DNA from: Oscillospiraceae bacterium
Lineage (GTDB): Bacteria; Bacteroidota; Bacteroidia; Bacteroidales; Bacteroidaceae
Direction of reading: 5' to 3'
Length of the DNA: 64,000 nt
Assembly: GCA_963588475.1 (NCBI GenBank)
Contig: CAVAHD010000003.1
Coordinates: 66,704 to 130,703 of the forward strand
A model generated the notes under the pieces. It saw only the letters and a list, made by a program, of their open reading frames with translations, searched no databases and had not been told where the DNA came from. The translations under genes were made by a program, and so were the position numbers. Of this stretch, positions 42,202 through 51,552 are shown in pieces (positions within the stretch are counted from its first letter, which is position 1; each line of letters starts with the position of its first letter).

Positions 42202-43605
42202 ATGAAGATGGCAAAGATACTGATTGTAGAGGATGACTTGACCTTCGGAACCATGATAAAGACGTGGTTGGGGAAGAAGGGATTTCAGACGGAGAAGGTG
42301 ACTACTGTGCGCGCCGCACTCAACTTCCTCGTGGAGAACGGCGACACCGACCTCGTGCTGTCTGACCTCAGACTGCCCGACCACGACGGACTGCGCATTT
42401 TGCAGTGGACAAAAGCCCACGGCATGGACGTGCCGTTTATCGTGATGACGAGTTACGCCGAAGTGCAGAACGCAGTGCTTGCCATGAAGTCCGGTGCTTC
42501 CGACTACATCTCCAAGCCTTTTCCGCCTGACATGCTGCTGGATAAAATCAAAGAGGCACTGAAGGGGAAAACTGTTGCCAACGATGGGGGCAGACCTTCC
42601 AAACCACTGCGCACAGGAGAGACGAAGTCTGCTGTACAGAAGCAATCTAAACAAGCTGAAGGTAGGCAGACGGAGGGTGCGGGTACACCAAGGTATCTAG
42701 AAGGTAACAGCGAGACATCGCGCCAACTGTACAGTTACGTATCGCTCGTTGCACCTACACCAATGTCGGTGCTTATTCTCGGTGCAAGCGGCACGGGAAA
42801 AGAGTATGTGGCACGTCGCATACACCAGCAAAGTCCACGTGCAGACAAGCCTTTCTTTGCTTTGGACTGTGGTGCAATACCAAAAGACGTGGCGGCTTCG
42901 GAGTTCTTCGGTTATAAGAAGGGTGCCTTCACCGGGGCCGACCAGGACAAGAAGGGCGCGTTTGAGACGGCAAACGGCGGCACGCTGTTTCTCGATGAAG
43001 TGGGAAACCTAAGTTACGAGGTGCAGGTGCAACTGCTGCGTGCCTTGCAGGAACGCAAGGTAAGGCCGTTGGGCAGCACGGAGGAAATAGCCATCGATAT
43101 AAGGCTCGTCTGTGCTACCAACGAAAACCTTGTGCAGGGTGTCGCTGACGGCAAGTTCCGCGAGGACCTTTACCACCGCATCAATGAGTTCACCGTCTAC
43201 ATGCCCGAACTGAAAGACCGTGGGACAGACCTCTTCCTCTTTGCAGACCTCTTCATACGACAGGCAAACGAGGAACTGGGCAGACAGGTGAGCGGACTCG
43301 ACGACAAGGCATCTGAACGCATCGCCACCTACGACTGGCCCGGCAATCTGCGCGAACTGAACAACGTGATGAAGCGTGCCACGCTGTTGGCAAAAGGCAG
43401 CTATATAACCGTAGAAGAACTGCAGCAGAGCATGAACCAGCTCCGCCCAGCGACTACCACCGTGCCACTGCGCGACGAACAGAGCGAACGACAACGCATA
43501 GAAGCGGCGATACAGGCCGCCGACGGCAACAAGAGCAAGGCAGCACAACTGTTGGGAGTAGACCGAAAGACGCTCTACAACAAGCTAAAGAAGTACGACA
43601 TGTAG
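42202..43605 (+). CDS. sigma-54-dependent response regulator (NtrC family)
   Basis: REC domain (ILIVEDD..SDLRLPD), AAA+ sigma-54 interaction domain (GASGTGKE, GAFTGA, FLDEVG) and a C-terminal Fis-type HTH. Confidence 0.9.
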   Translation: MKMAKILIVEDDLTFGTMIKTWLGKKGFQTEKVTTVRAALNFLVENGDTDLVLSDLRLPDHDGLRILQWTKAHGMDVPFIVMTSYAEVQNAVLAMKSGASDYISKPFPPDMLLDKIKEALKGKTVANDGGRPSKPLRTGETKSAVQKQSKQAEGRQTEGAGTPRYLEGNSETSRQLYSYVSLVAPTPMSVLILGASGTGKEYVARRIHQQSPRADKPFFALDCGAIPKDVAASEFFGYKKGAFTGADQDKKGAFETANGGTLFLDEVGNLSYEVQVQLLRALQERKVRPLGSTEEIAIDIRLVCATNENLVQGVADGKFREDLYHRINEFTVYMPELKDRGTDLFLFADLFIRQANEELGRQVSGLDDKASERIATYDWPGNLRELNNVMKRATLLAKGSYITVEELQQSMNQLRPATTTVPLRDEQSERQRIEAAIQAADGNKSKAAQLLGVDRKTLYNKLKKYDM

Positions 43606-43665
43606 CAACTCAAGAAGTGCGATATCAGCTGTGCCATGCCAAACGGCAATGTCTATAAAGTGGGG

Positions 43666-43703
43666 AATCCCCAAGGCGTTCCACAATGTCTTGGGGATTT
43701 TTT
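43666..43703 (+). terminator. rho-independent terminator
   Basis: AATCCCCAAG-N14-CTTGGGGATT followed by a T run, 60 nt after the regulator stop. Confidence 0.65.
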
Positions 43704-43735
43704 CCACACTTTCCACACATGCCGTAAAGTGTGGA
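43703..43735 (+). promoter_or_regulatory. candidate enhancer (UAS) for the sigma-54 activator
   Basis: TCCACAC occurs twice in direct orientation. It also forms the inverted repeat TCCACAC-N10-GTGTGGA, 50-85 nt upstream of the -24/-12 element. Confidence 0.35.
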
Positions 43736-43785
43736 GTCATAAGCTTTGCTTGATTATCAGTGATATAGCGAACATGTACCATTGT

Positions 43786-43800
43786 TGGCACGCCCGTTGC
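43786..43800 (+). promoter_or_regulatory. sigma-54 (-24/-12) promoter
   Basis: TGGCAC-GCCCG-TTGC matches the TGGCAC-N5-TTGC consensus exactly. It lies 70 nt upstream of the ATG at 43870. Confidence 0.7.
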
Positions 43801-43869
43801 GATTTAATATGGCGAATAACAGCAATAACATTCACAACATTATATCACCAACTAAAAACTTACAGAATT

Positions 43870-44058
43870 ATGAAAAAGTTCGCAATCGTAGCAATCGCAG
43901 CAATCGCAATGGTATCAGCTAACACAGTATTCGCAGCAGACGACGCACAGTGCCCTTCTAAGGCTACAGAGACCGCAGCTCCTGCAGACACAACAGTTGC
44001 AGCTCCAGCAGCTCCAGCAACACCAGCTCCTGCTGACACAGCAGCTGTAGCAAAGTAA
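43870..44058 (+). CDS. small secreted Ala/Pro/Thr-rich protein (62 aa)
   Basis: Signal peptide MKKFAIVAIAAIAMVSANTVFA followed by a low-complexity region AAPADTTVAAPAAPATPAPADTAAVAK. It is bracketed by a sigma-54 promoter and a terminator. Confidence 0.6.
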   Translation: MKKFAIVAIAAIAMVSANTVFAADDAQCPSKATETAAPADTTVAAPAAPATPAPADTAAVAK

Positions 44059-44093
44059 AATACAAACAACGTCAAAGTGTGCAAAAATGATAA

Positions 44094-44127
44094 AGGTATG
44101 CCCCCAGAAAGGAGGCATACCTTTTTT
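44094..44127 (+). terminator. rho-independent terminator
   Basis: AGGTATGCC-N11-GGCATACCT followed by T6. Confidence 0.7.
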
Positions 44128-44210
44128 CTGCCTTATAATGGGCAGTAGTACACGACTTATTTTGTAACTTTGCACAGAAAATTTGAACGTAAGAAAAGCA
44201 GTACCAAAGG

Positions 44211-46559
44211 ATGCAGAAGAACAATGTCACACTGAAAGTAGCGGTAGGATATACCATTGTTGCCCTCGTAATGGCGGTGGCAATGGCACTCGTGTATGTC
44301 AACACCACCTCGTTGTTGGAGGTGAACAGAACTACACAAGAGTACGTCCGCAAGCGTGACGCGGCTGACAGCACCATGTCTGCACTGCTGAAGGAGGAAC
44401 AGACCACCCTCCGACAACTGGCGGAGGCTCTTAAGAAGGGTAACACCAAGAACTATCTGCACGAGAAGGTGCGCGACCTTAACGCCGGGCGCGACTCCGT
44501 CGTGGTACAACGCATGACACCGCAGGTGCGTCAAGCCGAGAACACCACCGTTGAAGTGGTGAAGACAAAGAAGGGCTTCTTCAACAGACTGGCGGATGCC
44601 TTTCGCAAGGAGCACGCCGAGACAATCAGCGTGAAGCGCGACCGCAACGCCGTGGAGGTGGACTCCGTGGCGGCTCCCGTCAACGTGGCGGAGGATGTTG
44701 CTGACATTTTGGAGGAGATAGACCGTCAGGAGAAGTCGGCAGCACGCAGTCGGCGCGATGCCGTCTCCAAAGAAATGCAGGACCTACAGCTGGTCAACGC
44801 CCAACTCGCCATACGCTCCGCCAAGCAACTGGGCGACGTGTACCGCCAGGAGCGCGACTCCATGCAGCAGACCATCGACAAGGCGATGGAGACAAGTCGC
44901 AATCTGCTCTGGCAGATAGCCCTACTTGCAGCCGTTGCCATAGCCACCGCCATCGTCCTTTCCTATTATATATGGAGAGACACGCAGCGCGAACGGATAT
45001 ACCGAGAGGACCTTGAGGAGGCTAACGAGAAGATACAGCGCGCCATGGACCAGCGAGAACGTTTGTTGCTCACCATCACGCACGATATAAAGGCACCGGC
45101 GGCATCCATTTCGGGATACATTGACCTGATGACGGACTATGTGGATAACGAGTACGGACGCTCTTGTCTTCAGAACATTAAGCACTCCGCGACGCACCTC
45201 TCGCAGTTGGTTGCTTCGCTACTTGACTACCAACGCTTGGAGAACGGCATGATGGAGGTGCATCCAGTCACATTCCGCCCTTCTGACCTCGTCCAGGAGT
45301 GTGTTGACGGAATACGTCCGCGCGCTGCACAGAAGTCATTGGAGGTAATTTGCACTGCCGACATTCCAGACGCGATGTATTCTGGGGATGCCTTCCGCAT
45401 ACGTCAGATACTGGACAACCTTTTGGGCAACGCCGTGAAGTATACTGACGAGGGGGTGATAGATGTGTCTGTGTCTGTCAGCGCCGCCAATGTGCTTACC
45501 GTTGCGGTAAAGGATACGGGTAGGGGCATGACGTATGAGGAGACTCAAAAGGCATTCCGAGCCTTCACTCGTCTCGACAGCTCGTATGGCGTAGACGGCA
45601 CGGGGCTGGGACTGTCCATAACGCAGGAACTGGCGAAACTGCTTGGAGGAAGGATTCTGCTGCAGTCGGCTGTGGGCAAAGGTTCTACTTTTACCGTGAC
45701 TATACCGCTGACCAAGACAAGCGTAGCAGCTCAAACTGCTGATGATACAGAAGTAGCCCCAACTGCCGATGCTGTTTCTACAGTATCTGTAATCAGTGAA
45801 GAACAGTCGGAACAGGATGTCTCAGGCAACAAGAAGATTCTCATTCTCGATGATGATGAGCTACAGTTAAAGTTGCTGCAGGAGATGCTCAGTCGCATAG
45901 TGGACGAAGAGTGGACCGTATTCCCGTGCAGCCATGTGAGCGAAGCCCTTACGGTGCTGCACGACGAGCGTCCCTCGTTTATGCTTACCGACATAGAGAT
46001 GCCCGAGATGAACGGTGTGGAGATGATAAAGCACATCAACCATGCCCACATGAAGGTGGTTGCAATGACGGCACACGACGAGAGTGTGCTACCCAGCTTA
46101 AAGGAAGCTGGCTTTGACGATTGCCTTTTCAAACCTTTTACAACTGAAAAACTCGAGGCGATACTCGGCATAAAGGGCTTCAGGGAGGATGGCTTGACTG
46201 CTGGCCAAGCCGTCAACCAAACCGCTGGTCAAGCAGACAGTCCAATAGCCAGTCTGCTTGCTTTTGCCGACGGAGACGCTGAGGCCGAGCGCCAGTTGCT
46301 TGACAACCTAAGGCAGGAAATGAAAAAGCACCTGACGATATGGGAGAACATATCGTCAGGTGCTACACAGAATCGGGATGAGATAGCCCGTGCCGCCCAT
46401 AAACTGTTGCCTACTGCCGCTATGCTGCAGTGGAAGACGGTGGAACAACTTCAGACACTCTCGCCTGAGCATATCGCCACGGTAGGCGACGAGTCGCAAC
46501 TGCGAACGTACGCCGCTGCCGTGGTGGAGGAGATTACTTCAGTGTTGTCAGCCATTTAA
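44211..46559 (+). CDS. hybrid sensor histidine kinase (HisKA-HATPase-REC-HPt)
   Basis: H box ITHDIKAPAASISGYIDLM, G boxes DTGRGM and GTGLGLSI, REC (ILILDDDE...LTDIEMPEMNG) and a C-terminal HPt-like AAHKLLPTAAML. A TAACTTTG box lies at 44165-44172. Confidence 0.9.
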   Translation: MQKNNVTLKVAVGYTIVALVMAVAMALVYVNTTSLLEVNRTTQEYVRKRDAADSTMSALLKEEQTTLRQLAEALKKGNTKNYLHEKVRDLNAGRDSVVVQRMTPQVRQAENTTVEVVKTKKGFFNRLADAFRKEHAETISVKRDRNAVEVDSVAAPVNVAEDVADILEEIDRQEKSAARSRRDAVSKEMQDLQLVNAQLAIRSAKQLGDVYRQERDSMQQTIDKAMETSRNLLWQIALLAAVAIATAIVLSYYIWRDTQRERIYREDLEEANEKIQRAMDQRERLLLTITHDIKAPAASISGYIDLMTDYVDNEYGRSCLQNIKHSATHLSQLVASLLDYQRLENGMMEVHPVTFRPSDLVQECVDGIRPRAAQKSLEVICTADIPDAMYSGDAFRIRQILDNLLGNAVKYTDEGVIDVSVSVSAANVLTVAVKDTGRGMTYEETQKAFRAFTRLDSSYGVDGTGLGLSITQELAKLLGGRILLQSAVGKGSTFTVTIPLTKTSVAAQTADDTEVAPTADAVSTVSVISEEQSEQDVSGNKKILILDDDELQLKLLQEMLSRIVDEEWTVFPCSHVSEALTVLHDERPSFMLTDIEMPEMNGVEMIKHINHAHMKVVAMTAHDESVLPSLKEAGFDDCLFKPFTTEKLEAILGIKGFREDGLTAGQAVNQTAGQADSPIASLLAFADGDAEAERQLLDNLRQEMKKHLTIWENISSGATQNRDEIARAAHKLLPTAAMLQWKTVEQLQTLSPEHIATVGDESQLRTYAAAVVEEITSVLSAI

Positions 46560-48021
46560 AGAAACGTCCAGCGGCAATCACTGCTGCCGCAAAGCCGATG
46601 GCATATCCCCATAAGAGCGGCATACCTAAGGCAATGTGGCTGACGCAGAGGAACGATACGCAGACGAACGTCATGAACATGGCAGGTATCATCGTTATGA
46701 TGTATGCCTTCTTCTTGAGTGCAAGGTATACCGTTATAGACCACAGGGTAAAGATAGCCAGTGCCTGGTTTGCCCAACCGAAGTACTTCCAGATGACGTT
46801 GAAGCTGTCGGGGTTGCCAAGTTGCCATACGAGCAATGCGATGGAAATAACGAACAGAGGAATGGAGACAATCAGACGCTTCATGATAGGACGCTGGTCG
46901 ATGCGTAGGGCATCGGCAACGATGAGGCGTGCTGAGCGGAACGCTGTGTCGCCACTGGTGATAGGTGCTGCGACAACGCCAAGCACTGCCAGAATAGCAC
47001 CGAATGCGCCGAGCCATCCCTGACAAACTTCCATCACCACTTGTGGGGCGGAGAAGAACTGCGTTATGGTCTTCTCGTTTTGGGCAAGGAACTCTGTTGG
47101 GCATATCTCCCGCCATCCCTCGGCATAGAAGAACCAGCTGCTCACGGTACACCAGATGAGGGCTACGACGCCCTCCGTTATCATTGAGCCGTAGAATACT
47201 GGGCGACCGAGGTGCTCGTTCTTGATGCAACGTGCCATGAGCGGACTCTGTGTGGCGTGGAAGCCACTGATTGCGCCGCAGGCTATCGTGATGAACAGTG
47301 CCGGCAGTATCGGATCAGCACCCTTTATGCCAAGACGGGTGGCACCCATATCACCGATGCCGTCCCACAGTTCAGGCAAGGTAGGCCATTTGTAGAGCAG
47401 TACTGCCATGAGTGCTACAGCCATAAACAGCAGAGCCATAGCGAAGAGAGGGTAGATGCGACCGATAATCTTGTCTACCGGCATGAACGTGGCTATGAGG
47501 TAGTAGATGAAGATTACGATTATCCACAGCAGCATATTGTGCAGGGCGCTGTCTGCTGGCATCAGGTCGTTGAGCAGTGTTGCAGGGCTGAGCACGAACA
47601 CAGCGCCGACGAGTATCAGCAGGCACACCGTGAAGACGAGCATTATCTTGCGTATGGTGGAGCCAAGATACTGACCAACGATGTCGGGAAGTCCGATTCC
47701 GCCCTTGCGTACGCTTATCATACCAGACAGATAGTCATGCGTGGCACCGGCGAAGATGCAGCCGAACACTATCCATAGGTATGCCGACGGGCCGTACCAC
47801 ATGCCCATGATGGCACCGAAGATAGGGCCAGTGCCGGCAATGTTAAGAAACTGAATCATGAAGACTTTCCACGTGGGGAGCTTCACGAAGTCCACACCGT
47901 CAGTCTTGCGTATAGAAGGTGCTATACGTTTGTCGTTAGGTTCAAAGACATTCTCAATGAATTTTCCGTAAAGGAAGTAGCCCAGTACAAGAGCCACTAA
48001 GCTAATAATAAAGGTTATCAT
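46534..48021 (-). CDS. cstA: carbon starvation protein A
   Basis: Polytopic protein with FMIQFLNIAGTGPIFGAIMG and ACGAISGFHATQSP. Trimmed to MITFIISL, downstream of a TAACTTTG box at 48084-48091. Confidence 0.9.
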   Translation of the reverse strand: MITFIISLVALVLGYFLYGKFIENVFEPNDKRIAPSIRKTDGVDFVKLPTWKVFMIQFLNIAGTGPIFGAIMGMWYGPSAYLWIVFGCIFAGATHDYLSGMISVRKGGIGLPDIVGQYLGSTIRKIMLVFTVCLLILVGAVFVLSPATLLNDLMPADSALHNMLLWIIVIFIYYLIATFMPVDKIIGRIYPLFAMALLFMAVALMAVLLYKWPTLPELWDGIGDMGATRLGIKGADPILPALFITIACGAISGFHATQSPLMARCIKNEHLGRPVFYGSMITEGVVALIWCTVSSWFFYAEGWREICPTEFLAQNEKTITQFFSAPQVVMEVCQGWLGAFGAILAVLGVVAAPITSGDTAFRSARLIVADALRIDQRPIMKRLIVSIPLFVISIALLVWQLGNPDSFNVIWKYFGWANQALAIFTLWSITVYLALKKKAYIITMIPAMFMTFVCVSFLCVSHIALGMPLLWGYAIGFAAAVIAAGRFFKWLTTLK

Positions 48022-48157
48022 TTGGTTTGTTAGTGATGGTTTAGTCTGCCGTGTTAGGTTGTTGGTAGCTTGCAATTGCTGTGCAAAGTTACGCAAAATC
48101 TTTGTTCTATGAGCAAACTAAGTACAGGTATTTTTCTCTTTTTTTAGTCGATATTAC

Positions 48158-49405
48158 TTATAAGTTGCGAATTTTCCATTCCTGCGGATAGAGGTTGTTG
48201 GCGCGGTTGCCTATGTTCTTTACGAATCCTAATGGAAGACCTTCGTAGCATACGATGACGAAGCCTCTTGGGGTGTCGGCTGGTAGCGTTATTGCCTCGT
48301 GGTGCAGGTAGCGCAGGGCATCGTCCTTAGTGAGTTCTACTTTGGGGTATTTGTCGGCCGGCAGGTTGCAGAGCAGTGCTTCGGCGTGGTCGGGGATGAC
48401 GGTCTTGCCTTTTGTAGTGCCCTCGTAGTGGCCGTTGCTGAGTATGTGCAGGGCTGAGGATTTCTTTGCGTTGCGCTTGTCCTTTTTATTGAAAGGTAGA
48501 GCGTTAGGGTCGCCGTGCTTTCTCATGGCGGCAATGAATAGTCCCTCGCCTGCTGTGGTGCCTGGTATGAAACGGTACACGGGCTTGTCCCAGCCTTCAA
48601 GCAGTGAACCGGTGATGTTCCACTCTGGCTTGACGGCTACGGGCAGAATGTCCGCTCCCATCTCTTCTGCTATCCAACGGACGTTCTCTTCGTCCTCGCG
48701 GAGGTTGAAGGTGCAGGTGCTGTAGACGAGCAGTCCGCCAGGCTTGAGGCAGTCCCAAATATCTTCGATGATGCTGCGTTGCAGTTGCTGACACTTCATG
48801 ACGTTTGCAAGAGTCCATTCGCCTATCGCTCCTTCGTCCTTGCGGAACATTCCCTCGCCGGAGCAGGGCACGTCGGTCAGTATTACGTCAAATAGCAGTG
48901 CCTCCTTGCGGTAGTCGCGTGGGTAGTTGTTGGTGACGATGACGTCGGGATGCCCCTGCTTCTGCATGTTCTCCATAAGGATGTTGGCGCGTCGGCGGTC
49001 AGGCTCGTTGGAGTAGAGTAGTGAGCCTTCGGGCAGTGCCGCTCTCAGTAGAGTAGATTTGCCACCGGGGGCGGCGCAGAGGTCGATGGCCTTTAGCGGT
49101 CGGTCTGTGGGCATGTGCTGGCGCAGCACTTCGTCAAGGAACATGGAGCCAGCCTCCTGTACGTAGTAAGCTCCGGCGTGCAGCAGTGGGTCGTGGGTGA
49201 AGTTGGGACGCTGCTTCAGGTAGTAGCCTCCGCGACACCAGTCTACGGGACGCAGTGTGTCGGGGTGAACGAATTGTGGTGCCTTGAAGGGATTGACGCG
49301 TATGCTGACGGGTGCTTCGCCGTCGAAGGCATCGAGGTAGCGTTGCCAGCGGTCTGCACCGAACAGGTCTTTGGTGTATGAGATGAAGTCCTCGGGTAGG
49401 AGCAT
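48158..49405 (-). CDS. rRNA cytosine-C5 methyltransferase (RsmB/RsmF, NOL1/NOP2/Sun family)
   Basis: DLCAAPGGKST, DVPCSGEGMFRK and LVYSTCTF. Confidence 0.85.
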   Translation of the reverse strand: MLLPEDFISYTKDLFGADRWQRYLDAFDGEAPVSIRVNPFKAPQFVHPDTLRPVDWCRGGYYLKQRPNFTHDPLLHAGAYYVQEAGSMFLDEVLRQHMPTDRPLKAIDLCAAPGGKSTLLRAALPEGSLLYSNEPDRRRANILMENMQKQGHPDVIVTNNYPRDYRKEALLFDVILTDVPCSGEGMFRKDEGAIGEWTLANVMKCQQLQRSIIEDIWDCLKPGGLLVYSTCTFNLREDEENVRWIAEEMGADILPVAVKPEWNITGSLLEGWDKPVYRFIPGTTAGEGLFIAAMRKHGDPNALPFNKKDKRNAKKSSALHILSNGHYEGTTKGKTVIPDHAEALLCNLPADKYPKVELTKDDALRYLHHEAITLPADTPRGFVIVCYEGLPLGFVKNIGNRANNLYPQEWKIRNL

Positions 49406-49419
49406 TGGGGTGATGGGGA

Positions 49420-51477
49420 TTAAAATTCAAAGAATTCGTCACTGCCTTCTGATGGGGGCTGCTTGCGTGGCGTTGGCGGGTTCTTCAGGTTGCCTTGTGC
49501 GTCGAACATATTATATGTAGTGCGCAGCACCTTGAACTCTGTGCGGCGGTTGAGGGCGTTTGCCGTTTCCTGTTCGGCAGGCTTCAGCTTCTTTATGAAG
49601 TCCTCCGTCAGTACGTCGCCTTCCTTCAGCCATGAGTAGTGGGCAGCCACTTTGCGGCGTATCTTCTTGGGGGCGGACTTGCCGTAGCCTACAGCGGTGA
49701 GTCGGTCGGCGGCGATGCCCTTGTATTTGAGATAGCGTACCACCTCCTCGGCGCGGCGTTGCGAGAGTTGCTTGTTGTACTCGTCGCTGCCCTTGTAGTC
49801 GGTGTGTGCTCCCACTTCTATGGTGACGTTGGGGTTCTCGTTAAGCAGCATGACGAGTGAGTCGAGGGCGTGTGCGCTGGATGGCAGCAGCTTTGCCTTG
49901 TCAAACTCGTAGAAGATGTTGTCGATGAGCACGGGGGCACTGATGTTGGCAAGTGGGAACTGTAGGGTGTCCGTGTGCGACTCGTCTAGCTTCGGTATGC
50001 TTATCTCTTCCTTGTGGTTGAGGAATCCCTTGCATGTGGCAAGTATGATGTAGTCTACACCGGGCTGCACTGTCTGTTCGAACGAACCGTCGCCGCGCAC
50101 GCTGAGGCGTAGGTTGGTGCCGTCGCTGCCCACCATGCGCACGTCTGCTGCTTGTAGCTCGTAGCCCTCCATCTCGTAGACCCATCCCTTGATGGTCTGC
50201 ACTACTTCGGGGTTCTCAAAACTGTATATGTGGTCGTAGCCTCGTCCATCATTGCGGCTGGAGGAGAAGAATCCTCGGTTGTGTGCTCCCTCGAAGGTCA
50301 TGCCGAAGTCATCGCCATGCGAGTTGAGCGGGTAGCCTGGGTGCTCCAGGTAGTAGTGGTGGTCTGCCCCTACCTTGGCGATGTATATGTCCAGTCCGCC
50401 CATGCCGGGGTGTCCGTCAGAGGAGAAGTAGAGGTCGCCGTTGGGCCGGAACGTTGGGAACATCTCGTTGCCCGGCGTGTTGATAGGCTCGCCGAGGTTT
50501 TCCACACCCATCAGTCCGTTGGCGGTGATGCGTGAGCGCCAGATGTCCAGTCCGCCCTTGCCGCCTGGCATGTCGCTGACGAAGTACAGCCACTGTCCGT
50601 CGGGCGATATTGCGGGGTGGGCGAATGCCGATAGGGTGTCGCGCGATATCTCCAGTTCCGATGCCTTGCCCCACAGAGCATCAGAGCGTTTGGACACTAC
50701 GATGCGTGCGAAGCGTGGGTATGTCTCATCTGTGGTGCACTGCGTGAGGTACATCTCGCTGCCGTCTGGCGTGAGGCAGCATGCTCCCTCGTCTGCATCG
50801 GTGTTGAGGCCAGTGCCTATGCCTTCAGGCTTGCCCCATTTGCCCTTGTCGTCCTTGGTGGAGAAGAAGATGTCTGCGCTCTTTGCACCCGTCACGCCGT
50901 TCAGCTCGCTGCCCATGGCATCGTTGCGAGTGGACGTGAAGTAGAGGTACTGGTAGTCATCGCCGCCGAGCACGGGGGAGTAGTCGTCGTAGCGCGAATT
51001 GAAGATGTCCATCTTCTTCACCGTATACCGTGAGCCTTCCTTTTTCCACAGTGGCGCTTTCGTGGCAGACTCCAGTCCGCTGATAACGAGCGGGTCGTTG
51101 GGGAGGGAGTCCTTTAGAGCCTCAAACTCCTTGAGGGCCGCCTTGTAGTCGCCGTTCTTGAGTAGCAGTCGGGCGTAGTGCAGTTGGTCTTCGGGGGTGG
51201 TAACCTTATATCGTATGGCGTTGCGGTAGCCACCCAACGCCTTTGCGGTATGGTTGATGCGCTCGTAGCACTGTGCCATTTTTAGTGCCCGTTCGCCTCG
51301 CAGTTTGTGGTTCTTGGCCTCCGTCTTGCTATATGCCTTGCGATAGTTTATTGCCGCCACGTAGTATTCGCCAATGGCCAGCGCCTTGTCGCCTTTCTTG
51401 ACAAACGAAGCCGCATCGCACCCCACAAGTGTGAGTGCGATGATGAGAATGGTGAGTATATCAAGTAAGCGCTTCAA
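49420..51477 (-). CDS. PorE-like lipoprotein (TPR, beta-propeller, CRD-like, OmpA_C)
   Basis: TTG start and a lipobox LTLVGC. It has TPR-like helices, TolB-like repeats (PDGQWLYFVSD, GDLYFSSDG) and a C-terminal OmpA domain (TDYKGSDEYNKQLSQRRAEEV). This domain order matches PorE as I recall it. Confidence 0.7.
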   Translation of the reverse strand: MKRLLDILTILIIALTLVGCDAASFVKKGDKALAIGEYYVAAINYRKAYSKTEAKNHKLRGERALKMAQCYERINHTAKALGGYRNAIRYKVTTPEDQLHYARLLLKNGDYKAALKEFEALKDSLPNDPLVISGLESATKAPLWKKEGSRYTVKKMDIFNSRYDDYSPVLGGDDYQYLYFTSTRNDAMGSELNGVTGAKSADIFFSTKDDKGKWGKPEGIGTGLNTDADEGACCLTPDGSEMYLTQCTTDETYPRFARIVVSKRSDALWGKASELEISRDTLSAFAHPAISPDGQWLYFVSDMPGGKGGLDIWRSRITANGLMGVENLGEPINTPGNEMFPTFRPNGDLYFSSDGHPGMGGLDIYIAKVGADHHYYLEHPGYPLNSHGDDFGMTFEGAHNRGFFSSSRNDGRGYDHIYSFENPEVVQTIKGWVYEMEGYELQAADVRMVGSDGTNLRLSVRGDGSFEQTVQPGVDYIILATCKGFLNHKEEISIPKLDESHTDTLQFPLANISAPVLIDNIFYEFDKAKLLPSSAHALDSLVMLLNENPNVTIEVGAHTDYKGSDEYNKQLSQRRAEEVVRYLKYKGIAADRLTAVGYGKSAPKKIRRKVAAHYSWLKEGDVLTEDFIKKLKPAEQETANALNRRTEFKVLRTTYNMFDAQGNLKNPPTPRKQPPSEGSDEFFEF

Positions 51478-51552
51478 GCTAATTATGGAATAAGGAATTA
51501 GGAATGATGAATTCAGTAAGCCAATTATGAATTATGCATTCTGCATTATGAA
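51478..51552. repeat. heptamer-periodic AT-rich array (third locus)
   Basis: AATTATG/AATTAGG/CATTCTG-type units, mostly 7 nt apart, between the TatD stop and the PorE-like start. Orientation is opposite to the arrays at 27168 and 28095 relative to the genes. Confidence 0.6.
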
